In this document: positions 33,979-44,473 of the stretch, one piece after another
Layout of the letters: each line of letters opens with the position of its first letter
Position numbering within the stretch: the first letter of the stretch is position 1
Assembly: GCA_964658305.1 (NCBI GenBank)
Contig: OZ210885.1
Location: forward strand, 13,888,001 to 13,952,000
Direction: 5' to 3'
From: Leptogorgia sarmentosa
Lineage: Eukaryota
Length of the DNA: 64,000 nt
Program-made: the position numbers and the translations under genes
The notes under the pieces: model-generated
Databases searched by the model: none
Seen by the model: the letters and a program-made list of their open reading frames with translations, nothing else
What the model was told of the DNA's origin: nothing

Positions 33979-34447
33979 TTCCCCCAATTTCATTATTGGG
34001 GGAAGATTTCTCACTCATTATCAGTTCAAAAAAATTCTAACAAATTATTCTTCACTTTACAGATAGCTAGATCCTCGCCGCCGCGAACCGGCATTTGGCA
34101 AGAGATACGTATATAATGACATCATTATTCAGTGCCGATGACCGACGACGAACGAATTATGGTAAGCAGTCTAACACATTCATGTTATAATAGTCTTGGG
34201 TAGCTACTCGTTGGCCAACAAAGCTTAAGCAGCATCGCTGTTCATGAGATTAACATACTTTGATTTTTTTGTTAATTCCTACTGAACATGCGGGCCGAGA
34301 ATTGTCGGAACGTGCAAACACGGTGCAGTCCGAGAGATCGATCGATCCATCTATCCACAGACAGACAAACTCATCCCCATGCATTCGTTCCACAAGCATT
34401 CCTCGCCGTTGCAGCGTATAAAAGGTAATCGTATGCGCCATGAAGTC

Positions 34448-34611
34448 ATACTTACCTGACGCGAGAGGCACCTTGATCAACTAGGAGGTCCTCTCAGGAT
34501 GAGGCCCTTTCATTGCACTTCGACTGGGTTGACTCCTGCGATTACCCCTAATGTGGGTAACTCGAGCGTATAATTTCTGGTAGTGGGGACCTGCGTTCGC
34601 GCTCGTCCCCT
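34448..34611 (+). ncRNA. RNU1: U1 snRNA
   Basis: Array copy. Confidence 0.98.
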
Positions 34612-35356
34612 TTATCCTCATCTAATTATTCTCATTTCCAATACTCAAAACTCACATTACAAATGTCGTCGAGCATGTGTCAGTATATTGACGAGACAAC
34701 AATTCCATGTATTCCTCACACTGGCGGCCGCCGCGTGTTTCACGAACACGTGTAACTCGATACTACATCGCGGTCATTCGAAACTAATACACAACCATGC
34801 AATCAATATTGGATTACTCACACCTTGTTGTAGGCACGTCACGTGGAATGAACGAGTGAGTCAATCCATACACGCGCTGCCAACCGATCGATCATGCATT
34901 TTATACTAGACTTATGTTAAACAACCATTTCCAATTCAAATGCACTCGTCATTTCTCCAACCGAAGCGCAACCGGACACGCTTCGTTCAACTCAATGCAT
35001 GTCGCTCATTTGCCATTCGCGAATCGGTCGCGAAGCCAGCGAATGGGAAAAAGCGCCACGTGCGCCCGCCAAAAAATCGCCAGAAATTCGTGGAGAACAC
35101 ACGTGCGTCGCGAGCAGTTTCGCGCGTGCAGCCGAATTAATTAGCAGCGCACAAACGATCGATTGTACGCGTCATCGTGCCGCGTGCCACAACGTTTGCG
35201 GCTCGTTTCGCTTGCGATTTCGCGGCGGCCGGGGCTGCTAATGGCGGCGCGAAGGAGGACCGCATTTTTTCACCTTGTCTTTCTCGCTTAAAAGATGGCG
35301 TGGAACGGCGAAGAAGGCATCGCTTCTCGGCCTTTTGGCTAAGATCAAGTGTAGTA

Positions 35357-37416
35357 CGCGACATTTTTGTCGGCAATTTTCGGCTCCGTAGTTTTCTTCA
35401 AATTTCTCCGGTTTAACTTGGACTTTTCGCTCTACAAATATCATAGAAGTGTTCCTAACGTTCTCGTGGTCATTTTGGTGGTTATTTGGCAAAGTTTGGA
35501 CAAGTATTTGCGAAGATATTAACATTTATCTACATCGAGTTACCGATCGCGTATTTCGTACGAAATTACATATCGAAAGTGTTGCGATTTGATCTTATTT
35601 CTGGTTTATATTCGTCAAGTAAGACATTGTTTTGTTCGCGATTCCTCCCTCTACATTTTGGTACACTTTTCATCCTGATCGGACATAAACTTTCGAAGAA
35701 ATCGCCGTCTTTCTCTTTGGACATTGTTTACAGTGCGTTAATTATTATAATTTATTCCACATCCATATCCGCTTTATATTCGTCACGTATTATGGCTCAT
35801 ACAAATGGAATTTTACCTATTCCGAGATCACCCAGTATAAAGAATGGTGTTCCTGCTGATTACATCAAGCCGTCCTATTATCCTGTCCCTTATCAAGCCG
35901 TCATAGCCATTGAGAACTGCAACATTGATCAATTATTATCTTGGGACATCAATGTCGCTGTGAAATCCATCAAGATCAAAATGGAATGGTCTCTGGCAAA
36001 TACATCCAATAACACTCTGAACAACTTATTTCCCAAATCTGTCTGCAACTCCATCTCGTCATATAACCTTGGTTCTCCCTCCTGGTCCTCCTCATTCGCC
36101 AACGACAAGTTATCTCTAAAAGTTGAATGGAAGATCAATGAGAACAAACCTGTTCCTGTTTCCCCTATTCCACCTACAAAATACTTACCTGCTCAATCAT
36201 TTGTTACCCCTTTTAAATCCAACCTTATGAATGATTCAGGCTATGGTAGTCCATATCTCAACACATCCACTCCTGCCACTAGATTAACCTTCAACTCTCC
36301 TTCCCCTGTTAAACATCGTCACGATGTTTACAAATCCCCTACTAACAAACCTTCCAAAACTATTGGTGAAAATGTGTCATTTACTTCAACCACAACAAAT
36401 TCATCATCCTCTCCTTCCATCGTCGCCTGCTCCAGTTCCAGTAATACCTCCATCTCCACTTCTCAACCAAAACCTGTTGTTGAAGGAGTTACCTTATCTA
36501 AATCACCTTCACCCTCAACATCAGCTATTACATCCAATCTCACTTCCACATTACCTGATCCCCCAGTCAACGATTCCTTAAACGATGACGAAGCCAGTAT
36601 TCAATCCGTTGCTGATTCATCAACCCAAACCATAACCTCATCCCAATTGAACCCCCCGCCCCCTCCCTCATCCCCACTTACCTCTTCTGAAAACTCCAAG
36701 TCCGTTCCTGATCCTCATCCTGATGTCGATCTATCCAAAATTAAATCGTCTGAGAAACCAAAATACACCGTATCCGACAAGTCCACTGAGAAAAATATCA
36801 TCCTCCGTCGCGATCCTCAAGTCGATCCCATGAATAGCAAGTATGTTAAAAAACCTAAGAAGATGCAGAAATCTGGAAAAAATAAATTCCTTGATCAGAA
36901 GCTTGATGCTGGTCGTATGGATATCGTCGGAAATTGTCGTTTCTGTGGTGAATCACTGTCCTCCTGTTATGCAGATTTTCACATCCTTACCTGCAAGAAA
37001 TTCGATGAGATGATTACAACAGAATTTTATGAACATTTAGCTAGATTAATATCAAATGGTGATCATTATAATATTGAAGGCATTGTATATAACTACTGCT
37101 TATATGAACTACATACCGCAGAGTACGATGTAAACGAATTTTTTGATCTTGAGTCTTTTAAATTATTTATCATAGAAATCGAACAGTTTTTGGACAAAAG
37201 AGCCGCATGTATGCTGAAATCTATTGGTCTCAGTAACCCAAGACGTTTTAATATTCTCAAATATCCTTGATTCTTCTCAACTTTGAACTTTTGATGTTTG
37301 ACTTTTTAGTCACTCATGAACACACATTTCTTAATTGTCTATGCTATAGATTACTCTTTAAACACCTAACTAGTGTAAAAATCCTGTAATTCTTGTTTTG
37401 AATAAATTTGTTACAA
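35357..37416 (+). mobile_element. U2-inserted RT-less protein-coding element B, 2060 bp, both junctions present
   Basis: GTGTAGTA|CGCGACATT ... TTCTTGTTTTGAATAAATTTGTTACAA|TCTGTTC; single ORF, no RT or endonuclease motifs, no TIR or LTR. Confidence 0.92.
35792..37270 (+). CDS. Unknown 492-aa protein (frame open from 35486): duplicated SW-x8-[IL]x[IL]K[MV]EW motif, DSGYGS, Ser/Pro-rich linker, CX2CX11HX3C finger, C-terminal RFNIL
   Basis: Uninterrupted ORF, first ATG at 35792; homologous by eye to 31015-32154. Confidence 0.88.
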   Translation: MAHTNGILPIPRSPSIKNGVPADYIKPSYYPVPYQAVIAIENCNIDQLLSWDINVAVKSIKIKMEWSLANTSNNTLNNLFPKSVCNSISSYNLGSPSWSSSFANDKLSLKVEWKINENKPVPVSPIPPTKYLPAQSFVTPFKSNLMNDSGYGSPYLNTSTPATRLTFNSPSPVKHRHDVYKSPTNKPSKTIGENVSFTSTTTNSSSSPSIVACSSSSNTSISTSQPKPVVEGVTLSKSPSPSTSAITSNLTSTLPDPPVNDSLNDDEASIQSVADSSTQTITSSQLNPPPPPSSPLTSSENSKSVPDPHPDVDLSKIKSSEKPKYTVSDKSTEKNIILRRDPQVDPMNSKYVKKPKKMQKSGKNKFLDQKLDAGRMDIVGNCRFCGESLSSCYADFHILTCKKFDEMITTEFYEHLARLISNGDHYNIEGIVYNYCLYELHTAEYDVNEFFDLESFKLFIIEIEQFLDKRAACMLKSIGLSNPRRFNILKYP

Positions 37417-38032
37417 TCTGTTCTTATCAGCTTAATATCTGATATGTTAGGCAATGTCCTAACTCATATATTAAACTGATTTTTGGACCTCGGCCATGGG
37501 ATTGAAGCTTGCTTCGCCCTGGCCACGGGTTGTCTCGGTATTGCACTACTTCCGAGTACGGCCCACTTCCCCCAATTTCATTATTGGGGGAAGATTTCTC
37601 ACTCATTATCAGTTCAAAAAAATTCTAACAAATTATTCTTGACTTTACAGATAGCTAGATCCTCGCCGCGAACCGGCATTTGGCAAGAGATACGTATATA
37701 ATGACATCATTATTCAGTGCCGATGACCGACGACGAACGAATTATGGTAAGCAGTCTAACACATTCATGTTATAATAGTCTTGGGTAGCTACTCGTTGGC
37801 CAACAAAGCTTAAGCAGCATCGCTGTTCATGAGATTAACATACTTTGATTTTTTTGTTAATTCCTATTGAACATGCGGGTCGAGAATTGTCGGAACGTGC
37901 AAACACGGTGCAGTCCGAGAGATCGATCGATCCATCTATACACAGACAGACAAACTCATCCCCATGCATTCGTTCCACAAGCATTCCTCGCCGTTGCAGC
38001 GTATAAAAGGTAATCGTATGCGCCATGAAGTC

Positions 38033-38196
38033 ATACTTACCTGACGCGAGAGGCACCTTGATCAACTAGGAGGTCCTCTCAGGATGAGGCCCTTTCATTG
38101 CACTTCGACTGGGTTGACTCCTGCGATTACCCCTAATGTGGGTAACTCGAGCGTATAATTTCTGGTAGTGGGGACCTGCGTTCGCGCTCGTCCCCT
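38033..38196 (+). ncRNA. RNU1: U1 snRNA
   Basis: Array copy. Confidence 0.98.
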
Positions 38197-38903
38197 TTAT
38201 CCTCATCTAATTATTCTCATTTCCAATACTCAAAACTCACATTACAAATGTCGTCGAGCATGTGTCAGTATATTGACGAGACAACAATTCCATGTATTCC
38301 TCACACTGGCGGCCGCCGCGTGTTTCACGAACACGTGTAACTCGATACTACATCGCGGTCATTCGAAACTAATACACAACCATGCAATCAATATTGGATT
38401 ACTCACACCTTGTTGTAGGCACGTCACGTGGAATGAACGAGTGAGTCAATCCATACACGCGCTGCCAACCGATCGATCATGCATTTTATACTAGACTTAT
38501 GTTAAACAACCATTTCCAATTCAAATGCACTCGTCATTTCTCCAACCGAAGCGCAACCGGACACGCTTCGTTCAACTCAATGCATGTCGCTCATTTGCCA
38601 TTCGCGAATCGGTCGCGAAGCCAGCGAATGGGAAAAAGCGCCACGTGCGCCCGCCAAAAAATCGCCAGAAATTCGTGGAGAACACACGTGCGTCGCGAGC
38701 AGTTTCGCGCGTGCAGCCGAATTAATTAGCAGCGCACAAACGATCGATTGTACGCGTCATCGTGCCGCGTGCCACAACGTTTGCGGCTCGTTTCGCTTGC
38801 GATTTCGCGGCGGCCGGGGCTGCTAATGGCGGCGCGAAGGAGGACCGCATTTTTTCACCTTGTCTTTCTCGCTTAAAAGATGGCGTGGAACGGCGAAGAA
38901 GGC

Positions 38904-38929
38904 ATCGCTTCTCGGCCTTTTGGCTAAGA
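38904..38929 (+). pseudogene. RNU2: U2 nt 1-26 (first of three fragments; others 44952-44968 and 56879-57028)
   Basis: ATCGCTTCTCGGCCTTTTGGCTAAGA then foreign sequence. Confidence 0.95.
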
Positions 38930-39379
38930 ACTCTAACTGTTGGTCCGAATCCTCTTTGAAGTTCTCGTGGTGAAAGAAGATTTGTGCTCGAGGTTCGTGT
39001 TTCGTGGATCGTGGTGGTTTGGTGCTGTCCATCCATTTCCAGTCCTGTGAAGTCCTGTTCAGTGTTGTCAAAGTCTGTTCCTGTTTCCTGTGGCTGTTTG
39101 CTGTTTGTTCGTGAACCCTGGTCCTTGGTCTTGGTTTTGCGTTTCGTGTTTGTGCCCGTTTGCGGGGCCCTCTAGGGGGTAACGCTAAGGCGGTGGCCTT
39201 TTTTCCTTCTTTTTGTTGCGTCTGTGGTCAGGTCCGCCTGATCTCCTTGTTCGTTCTAATCTTTTCCAGGAGCAAGTGGTTTGTTCCTTGTGTGTGAAAA
39301 AAAAAAAAAAAAAAAATAGATAGGACTCAGTTGAAACAATTAGGCCCGATTTAGGTCTTACTGTTATTTGTAGTCAAAT

Positions 39380-40843
39380 ATGATACCCTATGTCAATAGG
39401 ACAGTGGATGTTATTTTGTCCACTCAATTGGAAGCGAGGGATGTCAATGTCCGTGAGGTCATTGACGAACTCAAATCACAATTTAATGGGTACGCAGACA
39501 TATTTGAAGCTGTAGTGCTTGTGTCTCCCGGTACTTACCGGATTACATGTAAAAGTTCCCGTAAGCTTGAGCTTTTTGAGGCTGCGGGATTTTTTGTTAG
39601 GGGTCTGCCTGTTGAGGTCAAGCCCATTAACTCGTTCAAGTGGGTTAACATCTCTAGGTTATCCTACGGGGTGCCAGAAGATGCTGTTCGTGCGGCGTTA
39701 GCCCCATATGGAGACATTCGTCTCTTCAAATTAGAAAAATATTCCAATATTTACACGGGTGTGCGCCATGTTTTGATGGAAATACGCACTGAGATCCCTA
39801 CCCGCATTAGGGTTGCCGGCCATCATTGTGTGGTCCATTATAAAGGGCAAAAGCGTCCCTGTTTTTCTTGTGGACTAGTTGGACACTATACTGATAAGTG
39901 TCCGACCAAATCGGCTCCAGGGGCTGTAACCTCTAAGGCTAGCACGTCAGCTGAAGGGGGGGCCACCGTAGAAGTCCACTCGGGGCACTCATATGCGTCT
40001 GTTGTTACCAGTACGGGGACTGCTGTTACTAGTACGGCGGCCGTTGTTACCAATACGGCGTCTGAGCCCGTTGTTACGTCCTCTCCCATTATTACATCTG
40101 TTTCACTGGAGAGGTCGGCACCTGTTAACGTTCCGACTGAGGTACCAGAGGTGCCTGACGTTGCAGGTGTGGTTAGTGAATTGCTAGCCTCGGTTGCCAG
40201 GGAGGGTTCGGCTCCTGCAGTCGACCCCTTGGCTCCCATGAATTTGGTTGTGGAGTCTTCGGCGCTTGGAGTAGAGCCGACGGTTGTCATTCAGGAGCCT
40301 GGAGCTCCAGTTGTTGAGCCTCCGGCTTCCGGTGTGGAGCATATGGAGGCATCCGTTTCTGCTCTGGGACCTGCGGAGGTGGCTTTAGCCGCCCGTACCC
40401 CATTACCAGGTGGTGATGAGGTTGATACGGACATACCTCCATCAGCGGAGAGTCCCTCATTCAAAGGGAACAAACGTTCCCGGCCACGATCTCTCACCAG
40501 GTCAAATTCGCGATCTCCCATGAGAAGGGATAGGCGTAGTTTGTCTGAGTCCTCTGGTGACTCGGCTCGCGATGATGACTCGGATGGTATAGGTGTACAG
40601 GGTAGGAGTCGGGGGCGGCAACGCCGTCCCGCGACCCTGTCAACGCCTCCTTTTTCTCCTAACATTATTCCCGCCTCATCGACTATTGATTCTAGGACGT
40701 CCTCTTTAACTCAGTTCACCCCGAACCTGCCTTGTGATACACAGGATAGGATTAACTTTGCCGGACCGGAGGTCTCCTCCGATGAATTTTCTTTTGGAGA
40801 TACAGGAATGTCTTCTGCATCTCTCGCGAATGATTTCGCTTAA
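39380..40843 (+). CDS. Tx1 ORF1p (RRM-like region plus CCHC zinc knuckle)
   Basis: CFSCGLVGHYTDKCP knuckle preceded by L..YG.I / TGVRHVLM..IP..I pattern; disordered C-terminal half. Confidence 0.9.
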   Translation: MIPYVNRTVDVILSTQLEARDVNVREVIDELKSQFNGYADIFEAVVLVSPGTYRITCKSSRKLELFEAAGFFVRGLPVEVKPINSFKWVNISRLSYGVPEDAVRAALAPYGDIRLFKLEKYSNIYTGVRHVLMEIRTEIPTRIRVAGHHCVVHYKGQKRPCFSCGLVGHYTDKCPTKSAPGAVTSKASTSAEGGATVEVHSGHSYASVVTSTGTAVTSTAAVVTNTASEPVVTSSPIITSVSLERSAPVNVPTEVPEVPDVAGVVSELLASVAREGSAPAVDPLAPMNLVVESSALGVEPTVVIQEPGAPVVEPPASGVEHMEASVSALGPAEVALAARTPLPGGDEVDTDIPPSAESPSFKGNKRSRPRSLTRSNSRSPMRRDRRSLSESSGDSARDDDSDGIGVQGRSRGRQRRPATLSTPPFSPNIIPASSTIDSRTSSLTQFTPNLPCDTQDRINFAGPEVSSDEFSFGDTGMSSASLANDFA

Positions 40844-40903
40844 CTTGTCTTGTTAGCTCTTTAGTTTATATTGAGTTTTCAGTATTGCCAATACATAATC
40901 TTG

Positions 40904-43900
40904 ATGGCTACCAATTACAGCGAATCATCGTGTTCTTTGTCTCTGATATCTTTAAATTGTCAAGGATTTCGAGATAGTTTTAAGCGTGCTGCATTTTTTT
41001 CTTGGTTAGCATGCGTGAAGGCAGACATCGTCTGTCTGCAAGAGACTCATGCCACCTCTTCAGAGGAGTTTTCATCTTGGGTTACATCCCAGTCCGACTC
41101 AGGTAATAATTCGCTAAGATATTCGGTGGTCTCTTCTCCTGGTACTGTTCGGAGTCGTGGTGTGGCGGTGTTGTATCGCCCATCATTGCGTGTGGTTCAG
41201 CAGTATGCCGATTCCGAAGGACGATTACAGGTCGTTCAGTTTTCCTGTGTGGCTAGTGAGTCGTCCTCATTTCAGGTTGTTAACTTATATGGCCCTAATC
41301 GTAAAGTCGAAGGGGAGGCCTTTTTCGAGGCGGCTGTCCCTCGCATTGAGGCGGCAATGTCTACCGTTGTTTGCGGTGATTTTAATACCGTGGTCAATCC
41401 TGATCTTGATCGCCGAGGTTGTAATTCTTCTTCCCCTTGGGCATATAATTGGCCAACATCTCTTTCTGTGCTTACGTCGCATTTTAATCTCGTCGATGTT
41501 TGGCGGGTCCGGCATCCAGATGCTCGAGAGTACACTTGGCATCGGGCGAATGGGTCACAAGCATCTCGTCTTGACATGTTTTGGGTGTCGTCTGATCTTG
41601 TGTCAGGGGTGAGGGACGTGGAGATTTATCCGTTTTTCCGTTCTGATCATTCATATGTGTTTTTGCATGTCAATCTCCCCAGCTTGCCTGATAGGGGTCC
41701 GGGGGTTTGGAAGTTCAATACTTCCCTTTTAGCAGATGCGGAATTTGTTGCTCAGGTGCGCACATTTTGGGCTAATTGGCAAGAGGAAAAGGCTGATTTT
41801 CCCAATCTCGCCGTTTGGTGGGATGCGGGCAAGAAAAGATTGAAGCGTTTGATGCGCCGTTATTCTCGCGAACGCGCTTCGGCTCGTCGGGCTCGTCTTA
41901 CGTCACTTGAGCGTACATTGTATCACCTTAATCGTCGTGAGGGTAACGGGGAGGATGTGAGTCAATTCATTGCTGACGCTAAGGCTTCGATTGAGGCGGA
42001 GTATTCACATCAAGCTCAGGGTGCTCGGTTGCGGGCCAAAGAGCAGTGGGCAGAAGAGGGTGAGACGTCCTCAGCATACTTTTTCCGTCTTGAAAAGACT
42101 CGGTCGCTTCGGCGGCTTTTTACTGGCATTCGTAATGCCCAAGGCGTAGTTGTGCGTTCCATCTCGGCCATCATCCGGGTCTGGTGTATTTTTTATGTCC
42201 AGTTGTTTACCGCTGCGGTTCTCTCCCCTAGTGACCAAGATTTCTTTCTGGAATCTTTGGACTCTACTCTGTCCGATCGTGAGGCTGCTCTCTGTGAAGG
42301 CGTTGTGACTAATGCAGAGTGCTTGACCGCTCTCAAAGGATTTGGCCGGAATAGGTCTCCTGGTATCGATGGGCTTCCCTATGAGTTTTATTTGTGCTTT
42401 TGGGATGTGCTCGGTGATGATTTAGTGGACGTCTACAATAATTGTATTACTCGCGGGTCCTTATCGTTTTCACAACGCACGGGTCTTATCACTTTGCTGT
42501 ATAAAAAGAATGATAAGTTGGATACTAAGAATTGGCGTCCTATCTCACTGTTGTGCACGGACTACAAGATTCTTGCGAAGGTTCTCACGAATCGTTTGAA
42601 GCCTGTTTTGTCCTCCGTTGTGTCACCTTCTCAGGTGTGCGGTGTACCAGGTCGGTTTTCTGGGGCACACGTGCGTCTGCTTCAGGATGTGGTTAATTTT
42701 GCCAATATGGATAACATCGGTGCGGGAATTGTCTCCCTAGATCAGGAAAAAGCGTTCGATCGCGTGGATTGGGCGTTCATGTTGAAGGTGCTGAAGCGGA
42801 TGAACTTCGGCTCGTCCTTTTGTGCCTGGGTACAATTATTGTATACCGATATTTTTTCCCGCGTGATGGTCAATGGGTATGTTAGTGAGGGTTTTAAGGT
42901 TACCCGTGGTGTCCGACAGGGATGTCCTTTGTCTCCGCTGTTGTATATTCTTGTGGCTGAAACCATTTCGGCTGCTATCAAGAAGGATCCCGCGATTGAC
43001 GGTTTCTCTTTGCCAGGTGGTGAGAAGGTGAAGATTTTCCAGTATGCAGACGATACCAGCATACTAGTCCAATCGGATCAGGCCTTGCAGGCCTTGTTTT
43101 CCTTGTTTGAACGGTATGAAGCAGCATCGGGTGCTAAGCTCAATGTTGCAAAGAGTCATGGTCTGTTGGTTGGCGCCTGGAAGCAGCGAGTGGACTTACC
43201 AGTTGACCTGAATTGGTCGAATGATTTTATCACTGTCCTCGGGTGCCGGATAAGTAATGCTAATCAGGTTGATTGGCACTCTTTGTTGGAACGGTTCAAT
43301 AGCCAATTGGTGTTATGGAAGCAGCGTCAGTTGTCATTTCGGGGCCGTGCATTAATTGCCAATGTATTAGGGTTGTCCATTTTTTGGTATCAAGCCACTA
43401 TTTTCGATGTACCTAAGACCGTAATTCATGCCATCAATAAGATCCTCTTTCCCTTTGTGTGGGGTAAGAAACGGGAATGGATGGCTCGTACCTCTGTCAC
43501 GCAACCTGTAGCCCAAGGTGGGTTGGGTGTGGTTGATGTGGCTCGTAAGATTTCGTCCTTGCGGGCGGTTTGGTTCCGGCGCTATCTCTCGCACTCGCCG
43601 CATCCTTGGTCGGTCTTTTTTAATTATCATGTGGAGGCAGTGTTTCATGTTCATCCGACTGCGGTTTTGAGTCGGGATTCCGTTCTCGCATATTTGATCA
43701 AGAGGCTTCCGGCCTTTTATGCCTCGCTTCTGCGGGTGTGGGCTGACCTGCATGGTAGGAAGGAGCAGGGTATCTGGGTGATCCCTCGTCCTTCTGGGGA
43801 TCCGTTACCTGTGGCTGAGTTAACAGCAGCCTTGGGATACTCGTTCCTCTCGAGACACCAGGTTGTTGAACATCGTTCTGTGGCTAAATTCCGCGATTGG

Positions 43901-44473
43901 GGAATTGGTGTTAGTTGGCCGTCTGTGTGGGCCAGTCTTCGTTTGTGGCGCTTTGTGCGTTCTGTTCAAGATACTGCGTGGCTGACATTCCATGGTATCC
44001 TTCCTACTTCTGATCGTCTGGTTAGGTTCGGCATGAATGTTAACCCCGATTGTTTTTGTGGCCTTCCTGAAGATCTGCTTCATCTCTTTGCTCGATGCCA
44101 GGTTGCTCGCGACGTTCTTGACTGGTTTGTGTTGCGGGTTCAAGCTTCATGTCCTTCTGTCACTTCTCTTTCTCTTTCCGACATTCTCTTTGGTTTCTCT
44201 TCTGCTTCTCCGGTTCCTGTAGTGTATAATGCTTTGCTTGGTATTCTACGTCATCAGATCTGGCTTAGTCGCAACAGGCAGCGGTTTGAGGGTATTGACC
44301 CGGATGTCGCGGTGTTGTTGCGTAAGGCAAAATCCACCTTTCGTTTCCTTGTTCGAATGCACAAGCGCCAGTGTCCACGCCAACGGTTTATTGAGGATTG
44401 GCTTGCCAACGGTAATGTTGGTCGACTTACGGATGAGGAGTGGATTCACTTTTCTCGTGATTTTGTTACTTGA
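40904..44473 (+). CDS. Tx1 ORF2p: AP endonuclease, reverse transcriptase, C-terminal Cys/His motif
   Basis: SLNCQG, LQETH, GDFN, RLD, SDH (APE); WRPISLL, LDQEKAFDRV, GVRQGCPLSP, QYADD (RT). Confidence 0.97.
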   Translation: MATNYSESSCSLSLISLNCQGFRDSFKRAAFFSWLACVKADIVCLQETHATSSEEFSSWVTSQSDSGNNSLRYSVVSSPGTVRSRGVAVLYRPSLRVVQQYADSEGRLQVVQFSCVASESSSFQVVNLYGPNRKVEGEAFFEAAVPRIEAAMSTVVCGDFNTVVNPDLDRRGCNSSSPWAYNWPTSLSVLTSHFNLVDVWRVRHPDAREYTWHRANGSQASRLDMFWVSSDLVSGVRDVEIYPFFRSDHSYVFLHVNLPSLPDRGPGVWKFNTSLLADAEFVAQVRTFWANWQEEKADFPNLAVWWDAGKKRLKRLMRRYSRERASARRARLTSLERTLYHLNRREGNGEDVSQFIADAKASIEAEYSHQAQGARLRAKEQWAEEGETSSAYFFRLEKTRSLRRLFTGIRNAQGVVVRSISAIIRVWCIFYVQLFTAAVLSPSDQDFFLESLDSTLSDREAALCEGVVTNAECLTALKGFGRNRSPGIDGLPYEFYLCFWDVLGDDLVDVYNNCITRGSLSFSQRTGLITLLYKKNDKLDTKNWRPISLLCTDYKILAKVLTNRLKPVLSSVVSPSQVCGVPGRFSGAHVRLLQDVVNFANMDNIGAGIVSLDQEKAFDRVDWAFMLKVLKRMNFGSSFCAWVQLLYTDIFSRVMVNGYVSEGFKVTRGVRQGCPLSPLLYILVAETISAAIKKDPAIDGFSLPGGEKVKIFQYADDTSILVQSDQALQALFSLFERYEAASGAKLNVAKSHGLLVGAWKQRVDLPVDLNWSNDFITVLGCRISNANQVDWHSLLERFNSQLVLWKQRQLSFRGRALIANVLGLSIFWYQATIFDVPKTVIHAINKILFPFVWGKKREWMARTSVTQPVAQGGLGVVDVARKISSLRAVWFRRYLSHSPHPWSVFFNYHVEAVFHVHPTAVLSRDSVLAYLIKRLPAFYASLLRVWADLHGRKEQGIWVIPRPSGDPLPVAELTAALGYSFLSRHQVVEHRSVAKFRDWGIGVSWPSVWASLRLWRFVRSVQDTAWLTFHGILPTSDRLVRFGMNVNPDCFCGLPEDLLHLFARCQVARDVLDWFVLRVQASCPSVTSLSLSDILFGFSSASPVPVVYNALLGILRHQIWLSRNRQRFEGIDPDVAVLLRKAKSTFRFLVRMHKRQCPRQRFIEDWLANGNVGRLTDEEWIHFSRDFVT

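Larger units (their letters stand above)
35319..37566 (+). pseudogene. RNU2: U2 snRNA split into nt 1-38 (35319-35356) and nt 39-188 (37417-37566)
   Basis: Both halves rejoin precisely; C>T at 37550 in stem-loop IV. Confidence 0.95.

Noticed and set aside
35357..37416. Internally deleted Utopia or processed host pseudogene
   Set aside because: No visible alignment to the Utopia ORF beyond Pro/Ser composition, no poly(A) tail, and a divergent intact homologue exists at the same site; formal alignment is still needed
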